NCBI GenBank assembly: GCA_028534125.1
Contig: CM052817.1
Coordinates: forward strand, 4,962,001-5,026,000
Direction: 5' to 3'
Length of the DNA: 64,000 nucleotides
Origin: Lama glama
Lineage: Eukaryota
The notes below the pieces were generated by a model, which was not told where the DNA came from, did no database searches, and saw only the letters and a list, made by a program, of their open reading frames with translations. Shown here piece after piece: positions 50,706 to 64,000 of the stretch. The position numbers and the translations under genes were made by a program. How positions within the stretch are numbered: position 1 is the stretch's first letter; each line of letters opens with the position of its first letter.

Positions 50706-51620
50706 GGCGGGAGCCTCCAGAAACCCTGGTCATGCCTCTTCATGGCTGTAGGAATTGGTCACATGCTACTGGCACAATTGGACTGAATTATCCTGCAGTA
50801 AGCGCCCTCCTCTTCTACCTCCTGCAGAAGAGGTTGAACTTGGTTTCAACTGTGTTCTGGACAAAGCCAGTTCCAGGTCTTGGCCTCTCGCCTGGTTCAC
50901 ATACTGGTAAGGCTTTGTATGGCCTTCTAACCAAATGCAAAGTAAATAAAGAAAATAAAAGCCATCTGCTTCTCTGCCCTGAGTGTATCTGGCTTTCCCA
51001 GAAGTCTGACCGTGGAAAGACCGTAGACGTTATGGTTTAAGGGTTCTCCTGTGACTCTGACAAGGGATTGAGTATATAACTCTGTGTTACGTCTCAAATC
51101 CCAAATACAGGCACAGAAAGAAGAACTGGGATTCTTTTTCTGACCTGAGTTTTTGTGAGTAGATTCTTGGGGCTGCTGGTCCCATCACAGAGAACATGAT
51201 TAAGCATTCACCAGACTTGCATTTGGAGCTATAAACTCTAGAGGCTGTAACCTTTAATTTTATGTAACACGATCGTGCTGGAGAGGCTAATGTAATTCTC
51301 CGAGGCAGGATATTTTCTGTGCCAAACCGTTTTTCAGAGTCTGCTAGATCAGATTTTGTTAGCATTTCTGTTAAGCCTATTTCATTTCAAACTTGATTCT
51401 GGTTCACTTAGAGTAAATACCGTCTGCTTGCACTTCTCATTCAATATGTTCTGCTTGGCAGCATTGCACATTATAAAGAAAAAGATGATAAAGGCTGTTT
51501 TGTGGCACACCAAGATAAGGAATAGTTTGCACAGCCAGTTCGTCGTTGAAAATCATCTCATTCAGATAGCAAATGATCCCTCATGATTTAAAAAAGATAG
51601 TAATTTCAAGAGTAACTTTT

Positions 51621-51728
51621 GGGGAAGGGTATAACTCAGTAATAGAGTGCATGCCTAGCATGCATGAGTTCCTAGGTTCAATCCCCGGTACCACCATTAA
51701 AAAATAAATACATAAATAAAAATAAATT
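51621..51728 (+). mobile_element. tRNA-derived SINE (Vic-1-like, short form)
   Basis: ggggaagggtataactcagt...ggttcaatcccc with A-rich tail; TSD aagagtaa on both sides. Confidence 0.87.
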
Positions 51729-52569
51729 AAGAGTAATCTTTAATCATTAAGAGCCTGTGTATGAGTGCGTGTGCACACCCTCACGCAAAATAAATGTCCG
51801 TCAAGTGCTACTATTGTGGTATGTCTGCCCTTCTTGGCATGATAAAATTTCTCCAGAGGCATTTTTATAATTTGGAACTTGGTAGCCCAGTAATTCTGAG
51901 CTCCTCATTCTTACATTAAAACAACTGGCATAGTGGCTCCACGGTGACCTTAGACTGAGCGTTTGCAGGGACTTGCAGCAGTGCCACGGGGCAGGCGGGG
52001 TCAGGAGGAAGGCTCTGCAGCTGCCTCGCACAGCGTCTGTGGAGAGTGTTACCCTGTGTTCCCGCCTGGCTGACAGGGATGCTTGGGGGCAGAAGAAAGT
52101 GGTCGTAGTGAGTGCTCTAAACTGGACTTGAACTTGTGTTTGTGTGCGTGCGCACACGTGCCCCCATGCACGCACACTGGAGTGTTTCTATAGGGAGAGA
52201 GTTAAAGTCTTTCATAGCTCCTTAAAGAGCTCCATGGGGAGTTTATCTCTTACCCCAACAAAATGACTAACAACCACAGGTCTGTAAAACGGTCCGTATC
52301 AGGGAGAGTAAATCCTTCTCCTAGAAAGCAGAAGCCACTTAGAGCAGGAGTAATAATCACGATCTACTAAAAGGCACCATGTATTGAGGTGGAAAGTGTG
52401 TGGCAGAGGCGGGAACAGGCCTTAAAAGTTCTGCTGCCGCTGCCTCTTCCGTGTCCTCGTCCCTCTCCGGGCCTCGTGTGTGAGCCAGAGAAACGAAGGC
52501 ACTGGGCTGCGCGGCAAAGGCCACGGCTTGATCTTTGGGATTGATTGGCCCCTTCTTTCTTTTTAAAAA

Positions 52570-52965
52570 TAGAACATGCACACGCCCAGTTTTAGCTGAG
52601 CACGTGGCTCCCTGGCTAGAGACTCCATTTCCCAGTATCCTTTGCAGGTAGACATGGCCATGTGACTAAGTTCCAGCCAATAGCATTGAGAAATGATGTG
52701 TATAATGACCGCACCCTCCCTTCTCCCTTCTGTAGGCTGTGATACCAGCAGGAGAGTATGAGCCAGCTTCCACCTTTTGGGCGGGGATGACATCCTAGGG
52801 AGGAACAGGAAAACCAGACAGAAGGAGCCCAGAACACCCTGCTGGCCTCGGGTGGTGGCCTGCCCACCTCTGGACTATTAAGAGAGGATAATATGCTATC
52901 ATAGTTAAGCACCATAGGTGTCCTAGTTTCTTTTCAGCAGTTTAGCCCATTATTTAACTCCTACA
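52570..52965 (+). mobile_element. Old MaLR/ERVL LTR
   Basis: catttcccagtatcctttgcaggtagacatggccatgtgactaagttccagccaat. Confidence 0.6.
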
Positions 52966-53989
52966 GATTGGATGAATCCCAAGGTCATCACCCTCCCTTA
53001 CATTCAGAACAAATGGGCACTTAATAGATGGTCAGCAAAGTGAAAGAATGATTGAACAAATGAATGGGTTTAATGGGCATGTCAGGAATATTATAGGAGT
53101 GATTCATGAACCAGACTGGCTGTGGATGAGAGCACGTCCAGATATCCTTACAAAACTAAAATTCAGCCCTGCTGTTTCTCAGAACGGAGGGTCACCTGGA
53201 AACACGGAGGTGACTGGCACTGTCTTAGCCAAGTGGCCTCCAAACAGAGGGTGGGGAGAGGAGGTCTAAGAGGGATCAAAGAGATGTAACACACACTCCT
53301 CCCCTTCATCCTCTCTCCTGCCCCTTTTCAGTTATTCATTCATTCACTCAACAGCCATGTGCTTATTACGTGCCAGGCACCAGAGGGTATAGAGGTGGAC
53401 AAGCCCACGTGCCAACCCTCACAAGCCAGTGAAGAAAAGGGAGCAATGGTAAATAAAATCAGTGCAGTGGAAGCTGAAACAGGCTGAAACGTGGTCACGT
53501 CTTAATCATTGAGTGTTCAGAGTCTTCCTGGAGCTGGTCTCTAGAAGGGAACTATCTTTACCTCCAATGACTTCAGCGGGATCAGGAGTTGCTGGTTTGC
53601 TTCGGGGAAGCTCACCCGTCAGAGCTAGTTCTCAGGGTCCTCGAGGCATCCTCCATCTAGGCCCCCTTCCTTCGTCTGCAGAGTGATTGAGATTGATTAG
53701 CAATGAACCTGAAGGTCCAGAACAGTCAAAGTTCCAGCCTGGGAATGAGAAGAGCTAGTTGAGGTCTGAACCACCATGGCTATGGGACCACTCACTCACT
53801 ATTCAGCCACTCTGTTCAAACAAGCCATTTCTTTTTTCTTCATTTATAAAATGCAAGTCATTTTTCCTATCTTACAGCGTTACTGTGAACGTCGAATTTA
53901 AGTACCTAACAGCGTGTCTGCTGCTTACCAAGGGCCCAATCCGCATGAATAGATGCTGGTTCGGTAGCATGAGAACTATTACTCTGGCC

Positions 53990-54211
53990 TGGTAGTTCTC
54001 GGTCAGGGGGCTCCCCACCCAGGGGAAAAGTGGCAATGTCTGGAAACATTTTTAATTGTCATGACTGGGGTAAGGAGAAAGCAGTGCTTCTGGTATCTGG
54101 TGGGTAGAGACCAGGGAAGCTGCTACACATTCTACAGGGCACAGGACAGCTCCCAAGAACAAAGAATTACCCTTCCCCGAATGTCCAAAGTGTCGATGCG
54201 GAGAGACTCTG
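53990..54211. mobile_element. MER20 hAT-Charlie element
   Basis: ggcaatgtctggaaacatttttaattgtcatgactgggg...gggtagagaccagggaagctgctacacattctacagggcacaggacagc. Confidence 0.8.
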
Positions 54212-55252
54212 CTCTAGTCCATCAAAATACCAACCTCAACATGATGTGTTCAGACTCTCGCTAGAGAACGAGAGTATGCAGTTTAAATGCCACCCCTGCC
54301 TTGGTATTTCATATATAGTTATACAACAGCATTTCTGTGGCTGTCAACTGGAATTTTGGAACTCTGCCTCAAAAATGGCAGCAGCACAAGCTTTACTTTT
54401 TTTCTGTCTATACGTGAATTGTCGCCGGCAGAACCTGATCCTGCTTTCTCAGGTCCACTTGATGACTCATCAGGAAGCAGCACGTCTTCTGGTCTGGTCT
54501 GCAATTTTGGAGTTTATTTTTTCACTTCAGAGACACCTGGACCCAATCCACGTGACCAGAACCGTAATCCAGAGCAGGGAGAAGGAGCAGGATGTTGATG
54601 ACAATGATTACTAGTGTACGTGGTGACGATTTTAGCATTTTTTTCAGCCAAAATTCATTGAACATCTACTACATTCTAGGCTCTAAGTGCTGAGTGCTGG
54701 GTATTCAGTGGGAAATAAAACATTGCCCTTAGCTGCTTTCAGAGAGCTTTAGCATGTATTAATATATTGACACAAGTCTTTGAAATAGTCAGGAATGGTA
54801 GTTGTTAGAGGTGGGAAAGTTATACTTATAGACAAGTGCATAATCAGGATTCTTAGTTGCAAAGAGCAGAATAAACCCTAGGTCATATAAGCTCAAAAGG
54901 AAAGTATTAAAGGATATTCATTAGCTTACACAATCCCTGGGATGCCCAGAGAATTGAACAGGGTATGACGCAGCCAGTAACCAAGTGATAACACTGAACA
55001 GGCTGCAGGCACGATCTCACTGCTTCCAGGCACTGGCATTGGAGATGCTGGACAGGAGATGTGATACTGCCACCATGTCCTCTCTTCTGAAGCCAAATCT
55101 CTTTTGTTGCATCTAATTGGTGGGATCTACGTCACATCCTTTGTCCTAGCTACAAGGGAAGCTGGGAAAATTGAATTCTGGTTCTCCATTGCAGAGGTAA
55201 GCAGGATTCACAAAGTGGAAATTTCCTTCCCTAAAAAAAAAATGGCCATTCA

Positions 55253-56689
55253 GAACCCACAAACTTTTGGTCAACTAATCTTCGACAAAGGAGGCAAGAA
55301 CATACAATGGAATAAAGACAGTCTCTTCAGCAAATGGTGTTGGGAAAACTGGACTGCAGCATGTAAAACAATGAAGCTAGAACACACCCTTACACCATAC
55401 ACAAAAATAAACTCAAAATGGATCAAAGACTTAAACATAAGACAAGATACAATAAACCTCCTGGAAGAAAATATAGGCAAAACATTATCTCACATACATC
55501 TCAGCAATGTTCTCCTAGGGCATTCTACCCAAGCAATAGAAATAAAAGCAGAATAAACAAATGGGACTTAATTAAACTTACAAGCTTCTGCACAGCAAAG
55601 GAAACCATAAGCAAAACAAACGACAGCCTATGGAATGGGAGAAGGTTTTTGCAGAAGATGAAACCGACAAAAGCTTGGTCTCTAGAATATATAAGCAGCT
55701 CATACAACTTAAGAAAAAAACAAACAACCCAATCCAAAAACGGGCAGAAGACCTAAACAAGCAATTCTCCGAGGAAGAAATACAAATGATCAATAGGCAC
55801 ATGAAAAATGTTCAATATCACTAATTATCAGAGAAATGCAAATCAAAACTACAATGAGGTATCACCTCACACCAGTCAGAATGGCCATTATTAAAAATTC
55901 TGCAATTAATAAATGCTGGAGAGGGTATGGAGAAAAGGGAACACTCCTACACTGTTGGTGGGAATGTAAATTTGTGCAGCCACTGTGGAAAACAGTATGG
56001 AGATTCCTCAAAAGACTAGGAATAGACTTACCATATGACCCAGAAATCCCGCTCCTGGGCATATATCCGGAAGGAACCCTACTTCAAAAAGATACCAGCA
56101 CCCCAATGTTCATAGCAGCACTATTTATAATAGCCAAGTCATGGAAACAGCCTAGATGTCCATTGACAGATGACCAGAAAAAGAAGATGTGGTGTATTTA
56201 TACAATGGAATACTATTCAGCCATAAAAATTACAATATAACGCCATTTGCAGCAACATGGATGCTCCTGGAGAATGTCACTCTAAGTGAAGTAAGCCAGA
56301 AAGAGAAAGAAAAATACCATATGATATCACTCATATGTGGAATCTAAAAAAAAGAAGAAGAAGAAGAAGAAGAAGACAAACTAACTTAAATATAAAACAG
56401 AAACAGACTCATAGATATAGAATACAAACTTGTGTTTGCCATCGGGGAGTGGGGTGGGAAGGGACAGACTGGGAGTCTGAAATCTGTAGATACTGACAGG
56501 TATGTATAGAATAGATAAACAAGATTATACTGTATAGCACAGGGGAATATTAACAAGATCTGTGGTAGCTCACAGTATAAAAGAATGTGACAGTGAATAT
56601 ATGTATATTCATGTATGACTGAAAAATTATGCTCTACACCAGAAATTGACACAACATTGTAAACTGACTATAACTCATTTTTTAAAAAA
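55253..56689 (+). mobile_element. Young 5'-truncated L1 (ORF2 C-terminal part and 3'UTR) with TSD
   Basis: ORF2 motifs QLIFDKGGKNIQWNKDSLFSKWCWENW and [13 protein letters not shown]...[10 protein letters not shown] with frameshifts; ggccattca at 55244-55252 and 56690-56698. Confidence 0.93.
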
Positions 56690-57754
56690 GGCCATTCAAA
56701 AGATAATGGGAAGCCCACTATGACCACTATGACATATGTCCATTTGCAGGGCAACCACAGTGCAAAGCCCCAAATCCTATGGTGAGCAAGGCACAGACCA
56801 TGAGTGGATTAAGTAGGCAGATTATTGCGGTAACGGCCGCCACTTTGTTCTTGTTTTTCTGCCTTCCTACCTCCATCAGCCTAGACTTCTATGGGTAGTG
56901 AAATTAGCCTTCAGAATAAAGGAGGAATTAGATTGTCTCAGACAAACAAACACAGCGGGAAAATCAGACCTGCCCCACAAAATACGCTGAAAGGAGATTT
57001 CCAGGGAGAGGGAAAATATACAGGTCAGAAACTTGGGCATATGCAAAAGAGGGAAGGGAATAAGAGAAGGAGCACATGAAGAGTAAAATCTTTTATTTTT
57101 CTCATTCTTCATTGATCTGGAAAATGACTTTTTGCTTAAAGTAAATAGAGTAATAACATATTGGGTGATGATAAGGTACAGACAATGAGGCTAATGAGAA
57201 AAAGAGCACAGGTGTGGGAGGGAGGAAGCAGGAAGGGAAGAAATCAGGGCTCAGAGGTGTTACCAGCCCAAAAACACAGAGCTGGTAAATGCTGGGATGA
57301 AGACCCAGACCCTGACCTCTGTGATCCAAATCCCATGCCTTCTCCCTAGGAGAACCTTGGGAATATGTGAGAAGCTCCAGGTCTTCCCTTCTGGGCCCCA
57401 TTTTCCAACTAAAATTAGGAAAACCTCCAGCTTTCCCTTTGTTGACGAGGACGTTCCTCTGAGCCACACGTGTATGTGACACCACCTGAGCTTCCATCTC
57501 CATAAACAACAGCTCGTTTATCGTGAAGCCTTAGAAATACCCACGGTCAGCTGGTAGACCCAGGGCTCTGGCCTCGCTGGCGGATCACCCCACTCACAGG
57601 ATCCCAGCCACCGTGTACTAAGGGCATACTACGTGCCAGGGCGTGCTTTAAGCATTTGATGCGTATTTTAGCATTTAATCCTCTTAACGGCCTTATTTTC
57701 ATCCCTGTTTTACCAAACGGGACAGTGAATCCGGAGAGGACAGGCAGCTCACCT

Positions 57755-58200
57755 TGATGGGTGGCACTGTGTCCTCCAAAAGGGTATATTCATGTCCTAA
57801 CACATGCAATCTGTGAATGTGACCGTGTTTGGACATAGGGTCCTTACTGCTGTCATCACGTTGAACTGAGGTCATACTGGATTAGGATGGGCTGAATCCA
57901 AGGACTGTTCTTACAAGAGGAGGGGAATTTGGATGGAAGACACACAGGGAGAATGCCACGTGATGACAGAGGCAGAGACTGGGTGATGCCTCTCCAACTC
58001 AAGGAAGACTGAGGATGGCCAGCAACCCCAGCAGCCGAGAGACGCATAAAGCAGGTTCTCCCCCAGGAACCTCCCAGAGGAAGCCTCTCTGCTGATACCT
58101 CGCTTTAGGCTTCTGGTCTCCAGAGCTGTGAGAAATAAGACCCTGTTGTTTTAAGCCACCTAATTTGTGGTACTTTTAAGGCAATCGCAGGAAACGGACA
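57755..58200 (+). mobile_element. MaLR (MLT1C-like) LTR inside a MIR
   Basis: ctgtgaatgtgaccgtgtttggacataggg...gttttaagccacctaatttgtggtac. Confidence 0.78.
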
Positions 58201-61200
58201 TGCCATCCAAAATCACACAAACTAGTCAGATGGGTAGACTGAGCTTGAACACATATCTGCTTTACTTTGAAGTCCATGTCCTTCCTTTGAATCCAAGTTA
58301 CTCTAGGCTAAAACCTAGAGAGGATATTTAAATGGGTACAGTTATATAGAAAACTCTTCTATCCTACCCACTATAATTACACAGAAATCAGTATAAGGAG
58401 GATTTGTCTACAATTTATTTTTAATAAGAAACAAGAAGTAATTTTCTCATATCAGTAACTTATTCTAAAAACAAGTAGCTTTTAGGAAATGTTATAGACT
58501 CCTCCACTAGACTGAAAGCTTCTTCCAAAGAAGAAAAATTGGGTCCCTGGTAATTTCGCAGTGGTTGTCACATAACAGCTGCTTAGAAATGTGGAAGAAT
58601 AAATACTGCATGAGTGGATGTAAAAACAAAAAGCAGTGTGTGCTGTCTGGTAGAGAGAAAGTGAAATCGGTAATGTGCTGAATGAACCAAAGACAAATTA
58701 AACAAAGTTCAATATATTAAAAAAAAAGGCCATGCCCTTCACCCAGCCCTGCCCCACCTGCCTCACACAGTGAAGAATTAGCCTGGGATGCTGGAGCAGG
58801 AAGGGTTTCAGCGATCAACCCACCCTAGTGTTCCCCAAACTGGAATTCCTGGAGCACAGTCCGGGAGGGTGGTCATAGGCAGGTCATGATGTAAATCTGG
58901 TGTTTAAGAAATCGTAAATCTTAGGCCAGGGCCCCCAGAAGCAATCTCCAAAAGAGGATGTGAACACAAAATTGTATTGGGGAGGTGACCTCAGACAACA
59001 CTCACAGGGGAATAAGGAAGTAAACTGGGGAAGAGAAGTGTCCACGGCGATACACTCAAGTATCACCTCCTCTGGGAAGCCCTCTCTGGTTGCCCTGGGC
59101 GAGTTCATCCTTATCTCATGCTTCCCTCAAAATGTGTTCATTCCCATGTTACAGAATTTATCTTTCTGTCTAGAATGTGTAGCTTTACATAGTGTCTCCC
59201 CATGAACATAAGTTCTTGAAGAGCATTTTCTTTTTAAATTCCCCAGACAATAGAGAAGAGAGTTGGTGGAGGTTAATGATGGACAGATTATTATACCACG
59301 GAGATCATGAATGCCCTACACCTGGTTTCTGATGAAACGCCACAAAGCTGTGCGATTTGGGTGAAGCAATCAGCTTTATGGGAGAAAGCAAATCTCACAA
59401 GGCCAAGGTCGGCAGGAGGGGTGACATCCTCCCACCCTATCTTGGAGAGATGTGCTGGGCCAGGGTACTCTGCTGGATGCCCAGACTGGGTCTACCATCC
59501 AGTAGAGGGACCCTGCCCCCTGTTGCTCTCCTTCTGTGCGGGGACAATCAAAATGGGAACCTTACAAATGGAGGAATAATTTAACCACTTTGGGTACCAA
59601 CCTGGATTTTGGTGCCCACTCTTACAGTTGTCCAGGAACGCTGGCTGCCCAGCACCTGGGTGCCTTGAAGTTGGCCATTGGAGGTAGAAGTCCCTCTGGT
59701 CATGGGAAGCGGAGAGAAAGTGCAGCCCCACCCAGGAGAGGGGACCCCAGGGCCACTGCCAGCTCTGTGTTCGGCAGCCTAATTAAGCCCCAGCGCTGGG
59801 GTTTTGTTTACTGCTCTGTGCGCTGCGGAATGAGGGGCAGACGCCCCGAATCAGTCTATTTTAGGATCAGTCGTCCTCTGCTATGCCAGGCTCCTCGCGG
59901 GTCCTGAGTGGCCCCCACACCGTGGCACGCGATGGAGCCGTAGAGGTCCCTGTGTCAGTTTTGCAATCATTCACTATGTATCCTTCAAGCTCTGACTACA
60001 TGCTGCTCAAGGCACGGAAGAAAATGAAGAAAAAAATCTTCCTTTGCGGAGTTAACATTCTAAGAAGAAAGATAAACAAGAAAGTAAGCTTTTTTGTTTG
60101 TTTTTGGACAACAAAATATTTCAGGAAGTGACAAGTACTCTAAAGAAGTGAAATTGCCCTTAAACTCAAACTGAAATCAGCTGATCTAGGATGCGGTAAC
60201 TGCCCACCATCAGAATCCGATAGAAGAGTGTATGCCCCTTGGACCAAGGCATGAGGAGCTCATCTGTTCTTCTCTTTTTAAGGACCTGGGAGATCATAAA
60301 CACACCTGTAATGTGTTAGAACCCATGGGGGCTCTGTTACCTGGGAGGTGGCACAGAACATCCCATAATCGAAAAGACAGGTCAGGAACCCGGGAACACT
60401 TCTCGGCATCTCTGGCATTACCTCCCAAGAATAAAACGTGACTGCGTGCCCATGCTTCCAAGATTTGTAAGTTGACTTGCTGCTGATGTTCAAGGCAGAC
60501 ACTGCTTCCAAGAGTAAGGATTCAAGGAGACAAAGGGTTTAGGTACAAGAAAAGGCAAATCAGCGAACACGTGGACTCCCTGCCCTGGGGTACTTGAATG
60601 CAGCCGATTCCTGCATAACAGAGCTCTGTTTCCCTGCCGGGCTGAGTGTCCATTTCTTGCCTCCTTTTGGCTCCAAGACGTAGACCCAAAGGCACTCATG
60701 ACTCGGCCAGGAATTGGCACGAAATGCTTGGGGTTAGGAACACTTTGCCTTAGTAAGCGTTCACCTGGTGCTTATCGGGGTATGTGTAAGTCCAGCTGTA
60801 ACTTGTCCGCGGTGCGACACAGATTCTTTACGTCTGCAGCTAGGTGGACGTCGAACACTTGAATCAAAGCCGTTTTATTTCATGAAAACAGTCAATGAGA
60901 TTTCATTACATTTTTAAAGGGATAAATCAACTTTGATTGGTTTAAAGTATTAAGAACTTTTTTGCTTCTACTATCATTTATATTCTGCCTTTTCCTTTAA
61001 AAGATAATTTTGAATATTATAGAAGAAAAATAACTTTTTGAAACAAACATGAAGAATAATGTAAAAAAAATTTTTACAATCACTTTATGTGTCTAATGCA
61101 AATATATTTTAATTTCTCAACGATACTTTAGCTCACAGAAATTTTACTGGGAATGCCCGGCCTCTCTTTCCTGCCTGGCCCCCCACCCCGTACAGCCTCA

Positions 61201-61548
61201 GTTCAGGGCTCAGTTCAGCCATCTCCTCATGTGGAAATGCCCCCTTCTTCCTGCCCCACCCTGACAAAGTGATGAGCTCCTTCTCCACCCTCCTGCAGCC
61301 CTTAGGACATTCCTAGGTCAGGCACCACGTACCTGGGAGGGGGTCACCCAAAATAGTGGGGAAGGAAACATTGTGAAATATATTGTCTCCCTTTTCATAA
61401 CTCCTTCCTCCTGTCTGCATGATATGCCAGTCCCTCCTCCAGTCTCCACAAAGACTAAGAACATAATTCACCATTTACCCATTTATTGAGCAATTACTAT
61501 GTGCCGATTTGTATCATAAGCGTGTTATACTCACTCATTTTAACCATT

Positions 61549-62322
61549 TTTTTACATTTTTTTATTCAGTAATAGTCATTTTACAATGTTGTGTCAAATT
61601 CTAATATAGAGCACAATTTTTCAGTTATACATGAACACATATATATTCACTGTCACATTTTTTTCGCTATGAGCTACCACAGATCTTGTATATATTTCCC
61701 TGTGTTATACAGCATACTCTTGTTTATCTAGTCTGCATTTTAAAATCCTAATCTGTCTCTTCCCACCCCCCGCCCCCTTGGCAACCACAAGTTAGTATTC
61801 TATGTCTACGAGTCTGTTTCTGTTTTGTATTTATTTGTTTGTTTGTTTGTTTTTAGATTCCTCATATAAGCGATCTCATATGGTATTTTTCTTTCTCTTT
61901 CTGGCTTACTTCACTTAGAGTGACATTCTCCAGGAACATCCATGTTTCTGCAAATGGCGTTATGTTGTCAGTTTTTGTGGCTGAATAGTATTCCATTGTA
62001 TAAATATAACACATCTTCTTTATTCAGTCATCTGTTGATGGACATTTAGGCTGTTTCCATGTCTTGGCTATTGTAAATAGTGCTGCTATGAACACTGGGG
62101 TGCAGGTGTCATTTTGAAGTAAGGTTCCTTCTGGATACATGCCCAGGAGCGGGATTCCTGGGTCATATGGTAAGTCTATTCCTAGTCTTTTGAGGAATCT
62201 CCATACTGTTTTCCACAGTGGCTTTCCTTGCTTTCCTCTCCCAGTCTTAATGATTTTGATGTTTTCTTCTACAATTTTGTGTTTATTCTATTTGGAATTC
62301 ATGGTAGTTATCACCTTTCCAG
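61549..62322 (-). mobile_element. Young L1 3' end joined to a 99-nt extra segment, within one 11-bp TSD
   Basis: 3'UTR/ORF2 end at 61549-62223; extra segment at 62224-62322; ttttaaccatt at 61538-61548 and 62323-62333. Confidence 0.85.
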
Positions 62323-64000
62323 TTTTAACCATTCTTGTAAAGATTACTTTTCCGTTTTTGACATTTTTCAACAGTAAGGCTCAGACACAGATTCATCTAC
62401 TCATTTCTTTGATCAGACTATATCGAGATTTCCTGTGAAATGGTCACTGCTAGGTGCCACAGATAAAGAAGGAAAGATGTGTGATGCACACAATGTAATG
62501 GCGATGTGAAGATGCGTGGTTCTGAAATGCCACAGCTGGTGAGAGTTGGAGCCAAGTACACTCAGCAGAGGCTGTCGGGGTGCAAACTTCGGGTGCTCAG
62601 CCATGAGCCAAAATCCACCCACTGCAGTGGGATCTGCAAATCGGGGCAGAGGTGTCCAGATATCTGTGGGACTCTGGAACCAGGGTTACATCTAATTATG
62701 AAAAAGCATTTTCATCACCATTCGAAGGAAGTCACTGATCACCAGTGGGGGGAAAAGCAGGCGTCAGCTGGGAAAAAGTCCATGAAGACTCTTGCTACTG
62801 ACACGTGCAGGACTTCTGTGACAAAGCTGCCAGGAAAATGCACCTAGAACCCAGGTCTGTTGCTGGAGCCTGGAGAAGGACCCAGGGTGCCCCTCAACCT
62901 AACTGACAAGTTTACTCCAGGGCTGAGACCAAGAATCAGCCAAATGAACGTAAAGATGTAAGGATAGTTTTATTTTGCTTATTTTTGAACAATAGGTCAA
63001 GCAGGAAAATATGAAGATTCCTCTGGAAAACATGTGACACGTTCCCAACAGGCAAAGTTGTGTCTAAGTGCGTAGATTGATTTTAACAAAACATCAGGCA
63101 GAAACCTTTGCTTCGGGACATCAGTAGCGAAGATGAGAAGGCTGTAGCCGGAAGCCCTGCAGGAGTGTGGCGCTTACAGAAGCTACTGATGAAATCCATT
63201 CGATCTGCTATTCATTCACCAAATACAGAGAAGGAAGGGAGCACATAGAATATTTCTGGAGTCAGTTGCTGCCCTGCAAGCTCAGGATCCAGCTATGAGC
63301 AACGCAGAAGGTGTACAGGAAAGAAGAACAGTCAACAAGCAAAGATCTTGCCTAATGTCGGGACAGGTGAGCAGAAGAATCCAGCGAAGAGAGCACAGCA
63401 GGTGGCTCATCCTGCCTGGGATCAGAAAATGCCTTGTTAGGGAACAGACAGTCCGGGATGCCTGGTAGCCTGAGCCTGATTGCAGTAGTGCTCAGAGCAG
63501 GGAATGGTGTTCTAGGCAGGGGAACAGCATGGTCAGAAGCCCAGGCATCAGAGGGAAAATGACACATTTGAGGCACATGGTTTATAAGTGATGCCCACGT
63601 ATAAGAGGTTATTGTTACAGTGTATTCAGTGGGAAAGGCTTGATGAATTTCCATACCTCTTCTGGTTCATTTTTCAAAAGACGAATTGTGCAGTTGTCAG
63701 AGACCTAATTGCTACCGAAATCTCTGCTGAACCAATGAATAAGCAAATAATAAGAGCCCAGCCCTCCCCAGAGTTGAGATAGAATTAGGAAGAACTATGT
63801 GACAGCGTGAAATTGGCGTGACCTATCTGGAAATGTAGATGATATTCCTTCCTCTGCCTTTTTGCCTTTTCTTCTTTGTTCCGAAATGTTTCAGGGGTAT
63901 AATTCTATAATTTTTTTAGGGCCCCGCATCTCCTGTGCATCAGTGAATTCCACTCAATTTGCAAAACACCCTGAAAATGTGTGATAAGTAAACATAGTCC

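Noticed and set aside
55104..56240. Functional L1 ORF2
   Set aside because: 5'-truncated and split over several frames.
43620..64000. CYTL1, the upstream neighbour of STK32B in human
   Set aside because: No matching exon recognised; probably beyond the window end.

Overview
Mammalian genomic DNA, most likely camelid, judging from the tRNA-derived Vic-1-like SINEs and the young L1 3' ends. The only supportable protein-coding sequence is the first coding exon of STK32B (YANK2) on the minus strand (42992-43043, MGGNHSHKPPVFDENEE + GTAAG donor), inside a CpG island. Positions 1-42991 are intron 1 (exon 2 not seen) and ~43600-64000 is upstream intergenic DNA. The rest is mostly transposon-derived (old and young L1, L2, MIR, MaLR/ERVL/ERV1 solo LTRs, hAT and Tigger elements, three SINEs), with one 500-N gap. 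Most unusual observations: (1) a 256-bp ERV1-LTR-derived element whose two ends are both the U5 end, in inverted orientation, bounded by a 4-bp target-site duplication (TSD), i.e. MITE-like; (2) two non-canonical young L1 insertions; (3) an in-frame ATG-TAG-TAG start-stop element 39 nt upstream of the STK32B start; (4) an inverted pair of related solo LTRs just upstream of the promoter; (5) a compound CACGC-rich tandem repeat. Repeat family names are from memory of consensus sequences and need RepeatMasker/Dfam confirmation; boundaries without a TSD are approximate.
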